Shown in pieces: positions 29,939 through 40,886 of a DNA stretch of 64,000 nucleotides (its first letter is position 1; each line of letters begins with the position of its first letter). Position numbers and translations under genes: made by a program. Source of the stretch: Candidatus Methanoperedenaceae archaeon (lineage in GTDB: Archaea; Halobacteriota; Methanosarcinia; Methanosarcinales; Methanoperedenaceae); contig CAVWCX010000030.1 of assembly GCA_963753595.1 (NCBI GenBank), positions 33,985 to 97,984 on the forward strand, read 5' to 3'. A model generated the notes under the pieces. That model did no database searches, was not told the DNA's origin, and worked only from the letters and a program-made list of their open reading frames with translations.

Positions 29939-30747
29939 TGTACGCTGGCGCAAAGTGCTGGGCGATCTGTGGATTAACAAGACACGTACATTGCTGGCAG
30001 TACTGGCTATCGCTATCGGGATTTTCGGCGTCGGCGCAGTCCTGACCGGTTATTCTATCCTGACGCATGAAATAAACGCAAATTTCCTGGGTACAAATCC
30101 GGCATCAGCGATCCTTTACACAGACAATGCTGATGATAAACTGGCTGCAGCTGTCGAAAGTCTCCCCGGGGTTGCAAACGCTGAGCCACGACGTATTGTC
30201 ACTGCTCGCATCCAGGCAGGACCAAACGAGTGGCGCAGGCTCTTACTCTTTGTAATTGATGACTTCAACAATTTGCGTGTTTCAACGTTTAAACTCGAAA
30301 GGGGTGATTGGCCGCCCGCTGACCACGAAATACTCATCGAACGTTCAGCTCTGCCACTAATCAAAAAGCAGATCGGTGACACTGTAATAATCCAGACTCC
30401 AGATAATGGACAGGATCACGAACTGAAAGTGACCGGGATCGTCCATGACCCGGGCCAGTCACCGGGCGATGTGGATAATATCGCCTACGGTTACATCACC
30501 CTAAATACCCTTGAGACGCTTGGCGAGACACGTGCCTTGAATGAACTGCGTATCGTTGTAGATGAAAATAAGAAAGATGTTCCCCGTATCACAAACGTTG
30601 CTAATCGGGTCAGGGATGTAATGGAAGAACGCGGATACAATGTTTCACGTGTCGAAATTCCTAATGCAGGTAAACATCCGCATGCTGATCAGATGGACTC
30701 GCTATTGTTCTTATTGGAAGTATTCGGCATTCTCGCCCTGATCCTTA

Positions 30748-32045
30748 GGGATTGCCGAAAAATAACTTATCTAAATTAATTCCCTTCCTCTTTTGGGGAA
30801 AGAGAATAATTCCATTTTGGGTGTAAAGAATGGTATTCTATCTTCAATCTTGCCATATCTTCATCAGAGAATTTAACTCCTTTATTATATTCCTTTTCAT
30901 CTAATAGCGATGCCACAGTAAGACCTTTGTTTGTCTTTGTGCCACTGATCAGTTCAATAATTGTTTCAAAACTAACGAGCGGTTTCCCCTTCCAATTCAT
31001 TGTAATGAATGAGAACATGCGATGTTCTATCTTGTTCCATTTGCTTGTCCCAGGAGGGTAATGGCATACGGTAATAGGTATTTTTATTTGGTTCACCAAT
31101 TCTTGTAAATGAAATTTCCAGCCTTTATTGCGACTTCCATTGCTCCCCCCACCATCTGCACATATCATCAGACCTTTTGCATCTGGATAATTATTTCTTC
31201 CAAACATAAGCCACCATTGCCTTATGCTTTCAACGGCAAATTCGGACGTATCATAACTCATTCCCACATTTACCATTCCTTCATTTCTCTTAAGATCATA
31301 AATCCCATATGGTGTCGCCCTTCCAATCCCAAGTGAAGGAAAATCATACACATTTACTTCTTTTGCCTTGCCTTTTTTCTCCCATGTTCTTCCAGGATTT
31401 TTGAATTCTCCTACATTTTCTTTCTTTTTTGCATCAACTGATATTACGGGATACTCCTGATTTATAAATTCTTTAGCTTTTTCGTTTATATACCTGAACT
31501 GGGCATCTCTTTCGGGAACTGAAGAACCTTCGATGTTTTTCTTATTGGCCTGAAGCGAGTAATCGTTTTCCTTCAATAAACGTCCTACTGTATCTGGATC
31601 GATTTTATGTTTTAGCTTTTTCAATTCATCAGCGATCTTGTAGGTTGATTTGTTTGTCCATTTCAGCAGGCTCATTGGGTCGCCTGAGGTGTTTTCATCC
31701 ATTATTTTTTCAAGATCTCCAATTATTTCGGGATCTTTTATTTCTACCTTTTTTCTTCCTCCTCCAAGTGCTCGAAGTCTTTCTGGAGGTTTAAGTTTCT
31801 CTGACGTTTTGAGTTCCTCTATCCCTTTATGGATAGTCGAATGGGACATGCCTGTTAATTCTTCAACTTTTGAGACTCCACCCCACCCAATTTCAAGTGC
31901 TATGGCTCCTGCAAAACGTCTTGCTTGAACTTCATCCGCTCCTGATAGGGCTTTTAGCCACCATGTGTACTCCTTGTTAGTATCCATGCCACTATATATG
32001 ATGGCTTAGATTATATAATTTACTAATTTATTTTTAGGTATTGCC
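30748..32045 (-). mobile_element. ISAzo13-family insertion sequence, about 1298 bp, imperfect about 30-bp TIRs, TTA target duplication
   Basis: Left end gggattgccgaaaaataacttatctaaatta vs reverse-complemented right end ggcaatacctaaaaataaattagtaaatta; TTA at 30745-47 and 32046-48. Confidence 0.9.
30776..31987 (-). CDS. ISAzo13-family DDE transposase
   Basis: GDPMSLLKWT, SVDAKKKENVG, CADGGGSNG, PPGTSKWNKIEHRMFS. Confidence 0.93.
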   Translation of the reverse strand: MDTNKEYTWWLKALSGADEVQARRFAGAIALEIGWGGVSKVEELTGMSHSTIHKGIEELKTSEKLKPPERLRALGGGRKKVEIKDPEIIGDLEKIMDENTSGDPMSLLKWTNKSTYKIADELKKLKHKIDPDTVGRLLKENDYSLQANKKNIEGSSVPERDAQFRYINEKAKEFINQEYPVISVDAKKKENVGEFKNPGRTWEKKGKAKEVNVYDFPSLGIGRATPYGIYDLKRNEGMVNVGMSYDTSEFAVESIRQWWLMFGRNNYPDAKGLMICADGGGSNGSRNKGWKFHLQELVNQIKIPITVCHYPPGTSKWNKIEHRMFSFITMNWKGKPLVSFETIIELISGTKTNKGLTVASLLDEKEYNKGVKFSDEDMARLKIEYHSLHPKWNYSLSPKEEGN

Positions 32046-33659
32046 TTAGCAGCATACTTGTCGCAAGCACAGTATCTGCTTTGCTTGCACAGCAGATAAG
32101 ACAAATTGGAGTGATGAAGGTCATCGGGGCAAGGACTTACCAGATAGCCGGACTTTATTTCGGCTCGGTGCTGCTGCTTGGCATTGGAGGACTTGTTATC
32201 GGTATTCCTGCAGGGGTTTGGGCTGGCCGGGCATTTGCGGTATTCACGGCCAACATATTGAACTTCAACATCACAAGCGACTTCATCCCGCACTGGGTAT
32301 ATGCCGTCCAGATTCTCGTAGGGCTGTCTGTTCCATTGCTTGCTGCCGCCGTTCCGGTATACAGGGGCAGCCGGATTACCGTCCAGCAGGCTATTAGCGA
32401 TTACGGCATTGGCAAAAACAAATTCGGTACAAACCCTATTGACAGAGTGTTTTCCCGTATGAGTGGCCTGAGCCGTCCGCTTTTGCTCTCGCTGCGTAAT
32501 ACTTTTAGGCAGAGGACTCGCCTTCTGCTTACGATCGGTATCCTGGCCGTAGGAGGCGCCACATTCATGAGCGCTATTAATGTCGGAGAGTCATGGTCAA
32601 ACACTATTGATGTGGCAATGAATGCCCGCCATTATGACATTGAGGTGAAGTTCAGCCAGCCTTACCCCATTGAATATGTAGAAAAAACGGTTCTTGCTGT
32701 GCCGGGTGTATCTATTGTGGAGAGCTGGGGGCAGATTTTAGCGGCACGAAAAAATTCCGATGGGACAGATGGCATCAGCTTCACCCTCACCGGAGTACCG
32801 CCAGCAACGGATATGATCACTTTTCCGATTATTGAGGGGCGCTGGCTGCTGCCAGATGATACGAATGCATTGGTTATAAATCATGAACTTCTGGAGGGAG
32901 CAGGCATCAAAGTCGGGGATAGGGTCATGCTTAAAACCGCAAATAGAGAAATGGATTGGACAGTGGTTGGCGCAGTGCGTGAAATTGGCGCCCGCAGGCG
33001 TGGGCAGAATATTGCGGCATCCGCATATGTTAATCATGATTACCTGGCTCGAATTACAGGTATGGAAGGTAATACCGCGGACATCCGTATCAAGACATAT
33101 CAGCACAGTGACGCTGAATTGAGGATAGTCTCCGGGCAGCTTGAACAGCAGTTTGATAGCGCCGGATTGCATCGAATTTCAGTCAATCCAAGTTCTGAAA
33201 GAATGCAGGAATTAAAAGACCACCTTGTGGTCATCCAGATGTTCCTGCTGTTAATGGCGGCATTAGTCGCTGCCGTTGGGGGACTGGCTCTTGCTTCCAC
33301 AATGAGCATAAACGTTATGGAACGGACCCGTGAATTCGGTATTATGCGAGCCATCGGCGCTTGCTCCGATGATGTGCTGCAGATAGTCGTCATCGAGGGA
33401 ATTTTAATAGGCATCCTGAGCTGGCTGGTTGCCATCGTACTTGCGTGGCCGCTTGGCGTGATCATCGGGGATTTCGCAGGGAATATATTTATCCGGGCAC
33501 GGCTGGAGCATGTCTTTTCACCATTGGCAATGGCAGGATGGCTTGTATTGGTGATCCTTATTGGAATTATTGCAAGTGCCTACCCTGCCTGGCGGGAAGC
33601 GCGATTGCCGGTTCAGCAGGTTCTGGCTTATGAGTGAATATGAAAGGAGGTGACACAAC

Positions 33660-33788
33660 ATGAAACATATTAGCATGAAATGGATCCTAATTCTTGCAGT
33701 AATACTGGCCATAATTCTGGTGTTCGGAGGTTTAGCCCTCCTAATCCACGGTGGATTGCCGCCGCATCTGCAACAAATTATACAGTAA
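33660..33788 (+). CDS. 42-aa single-TM small protein
   Basis: Strong RBS GGAGGTGA; MKHISMKWILILAVILAIILVFGGLALLIHGGLPPHLQQIIQ*. Confidence 0.6.
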   Translation: MKHISMKWILILAVILAIILVFGGLALLIHGGLPPHLQQIIQ

Positions 33789-33868
33789 GAAAAGAACGGG
33801 AAGAGGGCAGAAGCGCTGGTGCGCCTGGAAAATGCGAAGTGAAATTTTTTCAGGCTGGAAAGTAAGTA

Positions 33869-34588
33869 TCAGGGATACGAAGGAATAGACTTCTTGCAGT
33901 AATATACTGCAGAAAAATCATCCTTATGTCGAATTTCAAATTCAAATCCTGATTTATTGAGCATTTCCTCTATAATCCAATCGAAGGTTGAATATTCTTC
34001 CTTAATATGCATTTGCGCTTCCTCTGCAAAATTTATTCCAACTTTTTCTTTTAAGGTATCAATCCAATTGTCGATTTTATAGTCATATTCTTCAATCGGA
34101 AATGAAAAAACGACATCACCTAAATAAAAAGTCCCGCCATTCTTAAGCATATTATAAATTCTTTTTAGAGCGATCATTTTCCAGAAGTCCGGCAAATGAT
34201 GCAAAGCAAGATTCGAAACGATCATATCCAGAGGAGCTCCGTTATGCTCATAGCTTAAAAAACCCGCCTGGAAAAATGAAATATTGCTCATCCCCATTTT
34301 TTGTGCTTTTTGTTTTGCATAAGCTATCATTGTGGATGAAACATCAATAGCATAAACCTTATTACAATTCTTTGCTGCTTCAATTGCAAAATTACCTGTT
34401 CCCGTACCAATTTCAAGTAATGAATGTTCTTCCCCCAGGCATATGGCTTTAATTATATCAGTTGCTTCTTTTTTAGCATCCCTGAATTTTGCCATCTGCA
34501 TATCATATGCCTGGACATTCGAAATATCCTGATAATCTGTGCCAACTTGTACTGCTTCATCATAGAACCATTTCATATTTGATTTCAT
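33869..34588 (-). CDS. Class I SAM-dependent methyltransferase
   Basis: LEIGTGTG, AIDVS, LALHHLPDFWK. Confidence 0.88.
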   Translation of the reverse strand: MKSNMKWFYDEAVQVGTDYQDISNVQAYDMQMAKFRDAKKEATDIIKAICLGEEHSLLEIGTGTGNFAIEAAKNCNKVYAIDVSSTMIAYAKQKAQKMGMSNISFFQAGFLSYEHNGAPLDMIVSNLALHHLPDFWKMIALKRIYNMLKNGGTFYLGDVVFSFPIEEYDYKIDNWIDTLKEKVGINFAEEAQMHIKEEYSTFDWIIEEMLNKSGFEFEIRHKDDFSAVYYCKKSIPSYP

Positions 34589-34726
34589 AATTCCTTCAAC
34601 GTTTTAGCTTTTTCCTTGCTAATGTATTTTCGCTCCATCTTTTCTAAACCACCCCTGGGGCAATGCCATACAAAAAGATTTATAAATTAAAAAATGAAAT
34701 TACAGTTATTTTAGTGGCATGAAATT

Positions 34727-35176
34727 ATGAACGATGCTGAAATAGGTTTTTTAATAGCCATGCTTGCTTGTATAATAGGTGGATCGTGGGGTATCAACGA
34801 GAAAAAAGGAACTGATTTTTTGACTAAACAATTCTACAAAGACGCTTTTGGCTGGGGATTCATTCTTTGGCTTATCGGCTACGCACTTGGGATAATGCTT
34901 TTTACCGTTGTGCCACTTTCCGTCGTTGGCTGGATTATTATGCCAATCGGGACAATTATCACGATTTGGGTATTGTTCAAGAAAGTCAAAGCGGATTCGT
35001 TTCAGTATTACGCTTTATTGGCTGTTATTTGGTTGCTCATTGCCGTTGTTTTTGATTACCTTTTCCTCGTCAAAGCTTTCAATGTGGACGGATATTATAA
35101 ACTGGATGTGTATCTTTATTACACATTGACCTTTGTTCTTCCTCTTTTAGCTGGCGCAAAAAAAAGACATAGATAA
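34727..35176 (+). CDS. Hypothetical membrane protein
   Basis: Four to five hydrophobic segments, GYYKLDVYLYY. Confidence 0.6.
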   Translation: MNDAEIGFLIAMLACIIGGSWGINEKKGTDFLTKQFYKDAFGWGFILWLIGYALGIMLFTVVPLSVVGWIIMPIGTIITIWVLFKKVKADSFQYYALLAVIWLLIAVVFDYLFLVKAFNVDGYYKLDVYLYYTLTFVLPLLAGAKKRHR

Positions 35177-35389
35177 TTTTAATGCGGATAATTTTTCGAA
35201 CAAGTCCGACTTTAATAGGATATAAAGATTTTTCGTGGGGCACACACAGCGTTTGTCACTTTCGTAGAGTGTTTGCAGTTTTTCGAATGACGAATCAGAT
35301 GTGCGAGTGAGTTTTTCAGCAGCATTTCTGTTTGCTCAGGCATCACCTTTTTATATCGCGGATCATAATTATTTAAGGAGGAACAAGAT

Positions 35390-35764
35390 ATGAAGACATT
35401 GGGGTTTTGCGGATTGAACTGTGAAGATTGTCCCGTATTCATTGCCACAGCAAATAACGACAGCGGATTGAGGCAAAAAACCGCCATTGAGTGGTCTGGA
35501 CTCTATGCTGCACAATTAAGCGAGTATCTCGGAAAGAATAGTCTTTCACCCGAAGATCTGAATTGCACCGGTTGTCAGTCGAAGAGTGGCCTTTTCATAG
35601 GATGCATGAACTGCCCGATAAGAAAATGCGCTAAAGAAAAGGAATTCATTTCATGTGCGATCTGCAATGAATATAAAACGTGCGGTATGCTGAACGGTTT
35701 TTTTTCTATTCATCAGCATGCAAAAGAGGGGCTGGATAGGATACGTGAAAAGATTGCTCCGTAG
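35390..35764 (+). CDS. DUF3795 Cys-rich protein
   Basis: CGLNCEDC, CTGC, CMNCPIRKC, CAIC; RBS AGGAGG. Confidence 0.8.
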   Translation: MKTLGFCGLNCEDCPVFIATANNDSGLRQKTAIEWSGLYAAQLSEYLGKNSLSPEDLNCTGCQSKSGLFIGCMNCPIRKCAKEKEFISCAICNEYKTCGMLNGFFSIHQHAKEGLDRIREKIAP

Positions 35765-35945
35765 CGGTCACTGAGATCAAAACTAAAATCGACCTCATCT
35801 GGCTCTTATTTCAATCAGAAAGCCCATTAAAGGCAATACCCTCCCTTTATCTGAACCTTTATTAGTCATTTTTCTACCTCAATTTTGGACAATCAGATTC
35901 CTCTGGCATATCGCCTTCAATCCTATACCATCATATCTCCCATTC

Positions 35946-36689
35946 TCAACTACCCGCCGAATCAGTATTGATCTTCCCATCCCTCATTGTTATTATCCTG
36001 TCAGTCTCTCGCGCCACCTCCATGTCATGCGTCACAACGATAATCGTCTGGCCTTTTTTACTCAATCCTTTTAAGAGGTTAACTATCACTTCGCGCGTCT
36101 TAGTATCAACTGCCCCCGTGGGTTCATCCGCAAGAATAATGGCAGGTTCATTTGCAAGCGCCCTTGCAATAGCAACGCGCTGCTGTTGTCCTCCTGATAA
36201 TTCCGATGGTTTATGCTTTACCCTGTCGCCAAGCCCCACCATGGTAAGAAGTTCAAAAGCCCGTTCTTTGCGCCTGTTCTTTGAAGTTCCGGTAAACCGC
36301 ATCGCAATATCCACGTTCTCCATTGCGGTAAGAGTTGGAAGCAGATTGAAATGCTGGAATACAAATCCGATCTTTTCCCGCCGAATACGGGGAGCATCGC
36401 TTTCTTTTGATTTTGTGATCTCAACATCATCAATAAAGACGCTGCCATCAGTTGGTCTGTCAAGAAGTCCTATCATTGCCAGGAGCGTGGATTTTCCGCT
36501 GCCTGAAGGTCCAACTATGCTCAGAAATTCGCCTTTATTTACATCGAAACTGACGCCATCAAGAGCAGGGACAGGGATCTTGCCCTGCATATAGGTCTTT
36601 TTGAGATCCCTGATACGAAGAACGGGTCCAACGTCTGCGGCATGGTTTCCGTTATGGCCGTTATTTCCATTTTTTTCACTATTATTCAT
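35946..36689 (-). CDS. ABC transporter ATP-binding protein
   Basis: GPSGSGKST, LSGGQQQR, ADEPTG. Confidence 0.95.
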   Translation of the reverse strand: MNNSEKNGNNGHNGNHAADVGPVLRIRDLKKTYMQGKIPVPALDGVSFDVNKGEFLSIVGPSGSGKSTLLAMIGLLDRPTDGSVFIDDVEITKSKESDAPRIRREKIGFVFQHFNLLPTLTAMENVDIAMRFTGTSKNRRKERAFELLTMVGLGDRVKHKPSELSGGQQQRVAIARALANEPAIILADEPTGAVDTKTREVIVNLLKGLSKKGQTIIVVTHDMEVARETDRIITMRDGKINTDSAGS

Positions 36690-37836
36690 ATCGCAGCGCC
36701 TCCATTGGACTCATTTTTGTGGCCCGGTACGCAGGGTAAGTGCCGCAGATTACTCCAAGCGATATTGCGAACAATAACCCGATCACGACAAGTCTGGGTG
36801 TTATTGCAAAAAGCGCTGAACCCTGCGCCTCGAATGACTTATTCAGGAAATACACAAGTACACTTCCACCAGCTATGCCTGTAATTCCCCCAATTACTCC
36901 CATGAGTGCAGCTTCACCCATTGTCATGAGAAGAATGGTTTTCCGTTCTGCTCCAAGCGCTTTTAGGAGCCCGAATTCTTTTGTTCTTTCAGAAACTGAC
37001 ATAAGCATCGTGTTCATGACGCTCAAACCACCGATGATCGCTGCAAGCACAGCCGCACTTATTGTTATCAAACCGAAAATCATAAGATTTCCTTCGATCT
37101 CTTTTCGTAGCTGTTCCGGGGATTTGCTTTTTACTTTATCTACACTCAAGTCTATCCTTCTGGCAATTTCAGAAGGATCGGAACCAGGGGCATATTCAGC
37201 ATAAATTAATGAAACTGTGTTTTCCATTTTATAGAATTTCTGTGCCCTGTCAAGAGGGATCTGGACTGAACTATCAAAAAATGAACCAGTGTATTCCAAT
37301 ATTCCTACGATGCTGACATTTCTTGTATTGGTTATGGATGATGTGCGCTGCAATCTCTTGCTTTTCATCTCAAGTTCATCTCCCACCTTAAGATTGTATT
37401 TTCGGGCTATGCTGCTCCCCACAACTGCTTTATAACCATCTCCGGGTACAAGGTATCGACCTGATGTAAGCAAAGCATCTTTCATCTGTTTTTCAGGAAG
37501 AACTCCTAAAATCATATCACCTCCTCCAAATCCACCTCCTCCCCCTTCCGGATCAAGTGCAGTTACTAATACTCCAAAGGCATCTGAAACTCCTGGTACG
37601 CTTTTAACCTGTCTGATCTTTGATTCATCAAGCGTGCCGATCCCGCCAAATGTTCCATCGGGTCCTACCTCGATATTATTCGCTAACAACTTTAATGACT
37701 TATCAACAACGAGGTTCATTTGCTCAGACATCCCGCCCATAACGATAACCGCAAAGATCCCCAGCGCTATCCCGAATATGGTAAGACCCGTTCTCATTTT
37801 TCTCTGTGTCATGCTCCGGATGATCAGATCGAACAT
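36682..37836 (-). CDS. ABC transporter permease (MacB/FtsX)
   Basis: RTGLTIFGIALG, SVSERTKEFGLLKALG, PMEALRYE. Confidence 0.92.
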   Translation of the reverse strand: MFDLIIRSMTQRKMRTGLTIFGIALGIFAVIVMGGMSEQMNLVVDKSLKLLANNIEVGPDGTFGGIGTLDESKIRQVKSVPGVSDAFGVLVTALDPEGGGGGFGGGDMILGVLPEKQMKDALLTSGRYLVPGDGYKAVVGSSIARKYNLKVGDELEMKSKRLQRTSSITNTRNVSIVGILEYTGSFFDSSVQIPLDRAQKFYKMENTVSLIYAEYAPGSDPSEIARRIDLSVDKVKSKSPEQLRKEIEGNLMIFGLITISAAVLAAIIGGLSVMNTMLMSVSERTKEFGLLKALGAERKTILLMTMGEAALMGVIGGITGIAGGSVLVYFLNKSFEAQGSALFAITPRLVVIGLLFAISLGVICGTYPAYRATKMSPMEALRYE

Positions 37837-37837
37837 A

Positions 37838-38947
37838 CTATCCCCCTCTTTTTCTCCTTACTGCCAGAAGTACGACTATCACAATAACAATAGCTGCGAT
37901 TCCTGTCGATCCTGTTAATCCCGCCAATCCAGGAGCATTCGATGCCGCAGGTGTTCCAGATCCGACATCCGCTTCCGGAATGCGAAGGACTGTTTCATAT
38001 TTATCCAGCGCGATATTTTCTTTATTTACAGCCCGGATACTGACATCATACGTTCCAGATTTAAGGTCTTTCCATACCACTCCTGCTGTGTCTTCTTTTC
38101 CAGAAGTAAGAATTTCTTCGACCTGCTGTCTGTATGTTTTGATCTCTTTTGTCGCCCTGTTGGTTGCTGAAATATCGATGAATCCATCAAATGGTACCTG
38201 TGAATTGCCTCGAAGCGTTACACTGGCACCGTATTCATCTACCTCAACATCATCCGGCAATATCTCAACATCTTCACCTGCTGTGAAGGATGCGACGTAT
38301 GTATTGATCAAAGGTTGTGCATAAAGCCTGTGCGAGAGTATTTTTGTGCGAACGGTATATTTTTCATTATTGATCAAAAGAAAAGGCCAGTCTATTTTCA
38401 GTTCTGTGTTTGATGTAAGTGAAACATCTTCCTTTGTATTTGTATAAACAATGTCATTGTTGTCCAGAAGGTCAATTTTGATATCAACTGTGCTGGGATT
38501 AAAAGGTTGCAGGAGCAATTGCACGCCTTTATTGGATGCTGAGAAATCAACGACATGGAAGCTTGGCATGGCAACAGTGCCGTATATAACCTGATAGGTT
38601 TTGTTCCCTTCAAGCAGTTTGTCATTAAATATACTGACTTTTGCAGTGTAATAATCTTTCTGCAGCTTATTCTGCCATAATATTACTTTGGAAACCTCTT
38701 CTCCTGCACTGGCTTTAAATGGAACTTCGTGAGATTCCACCACCGTCGTTCCATCAAGAAGTTGAAATACCACTTTTCCCTGATGATCCTGACCGGCTCT
38801 TATCGTGACTTCGCTGCTTGTGAAATCTGAAAAGAAGTCTGTGATCTCAAGAGTAGCGCTTGCCGTGCCAGAAAGCATTAATGTGAATGCTGATATCAAT
38901 ATTATTCCAGCTAATAATTTCTTAAACACTTTACAAACATTTTTCAT
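37838..38947 (-). CDS. Secreted protein with C-terminal TM/basic sorting-like tail
   Basis: Signal peptide; APGL..IAAIVIVIVVLLAVRRKRGG. Confidence 0.7.
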   Translation of the reverse strand: MKNVCKVFKKLLAGIILISAFTLMLSGTASATLEITDFFSDFTSSEVTIRAGQDHQGKVVFQLLDGTTVVESHEVPFKASAGEEVSKVILWQNKLQKDYYTAKVSIFNDKLLEGNKTYQVIYGTVAMPSFHVVDFSASNKGVQLLLQPFNPSTVDIKIDLLDNNDIVYTNTKEDVSLTSNTELKIDWPFLLINNEKYTVRTKILSHRLYAQPLINTYVASFTAGEDVEILPDDVEVDEYGASVTLRGNSQVPFDGFIDISATNRATKEIKTYRQQVEEILTSGKEDTAGVVWKDLKSGTYDVSIRAVNKENIALDKYETVLRIPEADVGSGTPAASNAPGLAGLTGSTGIAAIVIVIVVLLAVRRKRGG

Positions 38948-39091
38948 TATTCTCTTCCCCTATCAACAAATCCTCGAACATCCTCGAAATAAGCATTCTG
39001 ATATATCCCAAATCTTCACACATAATGATCCTCCTGATTTTGTTAAGGTCTTACGATCAGATTTACCTTAACCTTTAATACAACATAATGA

Positions 39092-39126
39092 TACTTAAAC
39101 TTGACGATTAATAGTCGAGTAGGTGT
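39092..39126. promoter_or_regulatory. Near-palindromic putative operator ACTTGACGATTAATAGTCGAGT
   Basis: Conserved colinear block at 58583-58617. Confidence 0.5.
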
Positions 39127-39260
39127 AATATTGCTATAAGTTATATCTATTTAAGAGATAAAAGTGTGTACATAAACGTAGGGAATATGAAAAATAGGTG
39201 AGTACAAAAATGTATTTATTGGATTTGTATAAAATCTTTGTCTCCTTTTTTGTTATTATG

Positions 39261-39473
39261 GATACGTTCTATCAATGACCGGTTTTATCTTCCCCGCCTC
39301 AATAAGATTTTTGATCAAAATTAAAGATTCAATACATATCTTTGGTGTTCCATCATCGACTGATATGTATTTCCCGTTCGGAGTTAGCGCTTTTTTGCAC
39401 TGTAATTTTGAGCTATATCTTTTTCCAACGGCATCAAAGATAAGATCATAAGATTCCCCGCTGTTCGTAAAAT
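39261..39473 (-). pseudogene. Fragment of an MDR oxidoreductase gene, close copy of 53138-53350
   Basis: Encodes [48 protein letters not shown]. Confidence 0.8.
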
Positions 39474-39503
39474 CATCTGTTTTTGGGACAATGGATTAGA
39501 TTT

Positions 39504-40613
39504 TCATGCTACATACTCCAGATACCCCTTTGTCGTATATGAGATTTTTTTCCCATCTATGTATCCGCTGACCTTGTATGATCCAATCAATTCCCAAACA
39601 ATACGATACCCACCGCCACTTTCAAGAAGCACCGGAATTGGTGTGAAATGTTCCGTAGTAAATACAATATGTACTGTGTTTTCTCCGGATTCAGCTTTTA
39701 CAGACGTAACCAGCGGAAAAGAGGTTTCTGGAAGTTGAGATATATTCATCATTATATCTCGTTCTATTTGTATTTCATTGCCTTCAAAGCGTGCTGTTAT
39801 TTTCTTATTTGTCCATATTTCAAGGACTGCTGCCTTTGATTCGGTGTGATTTTTATTAGTTATGTTACCAAAGGAAAATGCATAGGTTCCTGTATCATCT
39901 GCTCTCTTGAAGTTTTCCTTTTCAGTAGCCTGTCCCCAATCCCACCCGATATCATCTTCCCATAGCCAGAATCCCCAGTTATGGTCATGATAACCTCTAA
40001 CATTTTTCAGAAAATATGTCTTTTCTGAAGTAGTTCCTTTATCGATAGTTAGCGCGCCATTCACCTTCATCTTAGGCGATATTACAAGCCAGTTGAATAT
40101 CTTATACCCCTCATATGAAGCTGTTAAAACAGGAGACTGCTCTGCTTCCGGTTTAAATATTGCATCTAAAACAGTATGTGCATCACTGGATTCTAAATGC
40201 ACAGAGTATCCCTGTTCAGTCAGCTTAACAGCGCTTGCAGCTATTCGCATATCTGGCGTTTTATCAGACCATTGTGCCAGAGTAACAGGGTAATTATCTA
40301 TTGTCAAATTTTCTTTAGCTTGCGTAAGATAATTCATAAGGACTACAGCAACACTCATTGTTGGATCAGAAGTATTTCCCATTAATGTCAATGTAGTAAC
40401 AAAGGACAGGTTTTGTTCTTCATCCAGGATATTGAAGTAGTGCCATTCTTTGTACGTCAAGATTCTCGGATCACCGCTTGATGGAGGGTGAAAAGAATCT
40501 ATCTCTGGTAATTCCTTGTTCCAACTCATTGCTTCATGTGCTAAAACATTATTTGAAGCTGCTGGAAATAGCAATCCTGCTAAAATTATTAAGACTAATG
40601 GTTTATATTGCAT
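39504..40613 (-). CDS. Secreted CrtC/AttH/tocopherol-cyclase-like beta-barrel protein
   Basis: Signal peptide; EWHYF, GYHDHNWG and WDWG motifs. Confidence 0.6.
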   Translation of the reverse strand: MQYKPLVLIILAGLLFPAASNNVLAHEAMSWNKELPEIDSFHPPSSGDPRILTYKEWHYFNILDEEQNLSFVTTLTLMGNTSDPTMSVAVVLMNYLTQAKENLTIDNYPVTLAQWSDKTPDMRIAASAVKLTEQGYSVHLESSDAHTVLDAIFKPEAEQSPVLTASYEGYKIFNWLVISPKMKVNGALTIDKGTTSEKTYFLKNVRGYHDHNWGFWLWEDDIGWDWGQATEKENFKRADDTGTYAFSFGNITNKNHTESKAAVLEIWTNKKITARFEGNEIQIERDIMMNISQLPETSFPLVTSVKAESGENTVHIVFTTEHFTPIPVLLESGGGYRIVWELIGSYKVSGYIDGKKISYTTKGYLEYVA

Positions 40614-40886
40614 GTTTTCAACTCGTATGTTTTTTTTTACTCGTTTATGTCATTTTTTTTAATGCGGGTCAATTAAAGTAGCCATCGAATATACATCTTT
40701 CAGGTGCATCGTAGATACCATGATATTCACTTGCAGGAGCAATGATAAATCTTTCTTTTTTAACCGTATTTTCATTTATTAGGGTTCAGTCCATACATAA
40801 TGTTTATAAAAGATGAAGTTAATTAAAAATCAAACATGGGAAAAGTTTCGATATAACTAAACAATGTGAGGAGAGGGGTCAAAAAA

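Larger units (their letters stand above)
29931..33637 (+). pseudogene. Double-FtsX ABC permease disrupted by an IS insertion
   Basis: Removing 30748-32048 restores ...LALILSSILVASTVSALLAQQIRQIGVMK in frame; ERTREFGIMRAIGA in the C-half. Confidence 0.9.

Noticed and set aside
35968-36594. Long antisense ORF (also 41914-42432, 54808-55326, 23247-23765 and others)
   Set aside because: Shadow frames of well-supported genes, with no recognisable motifs.
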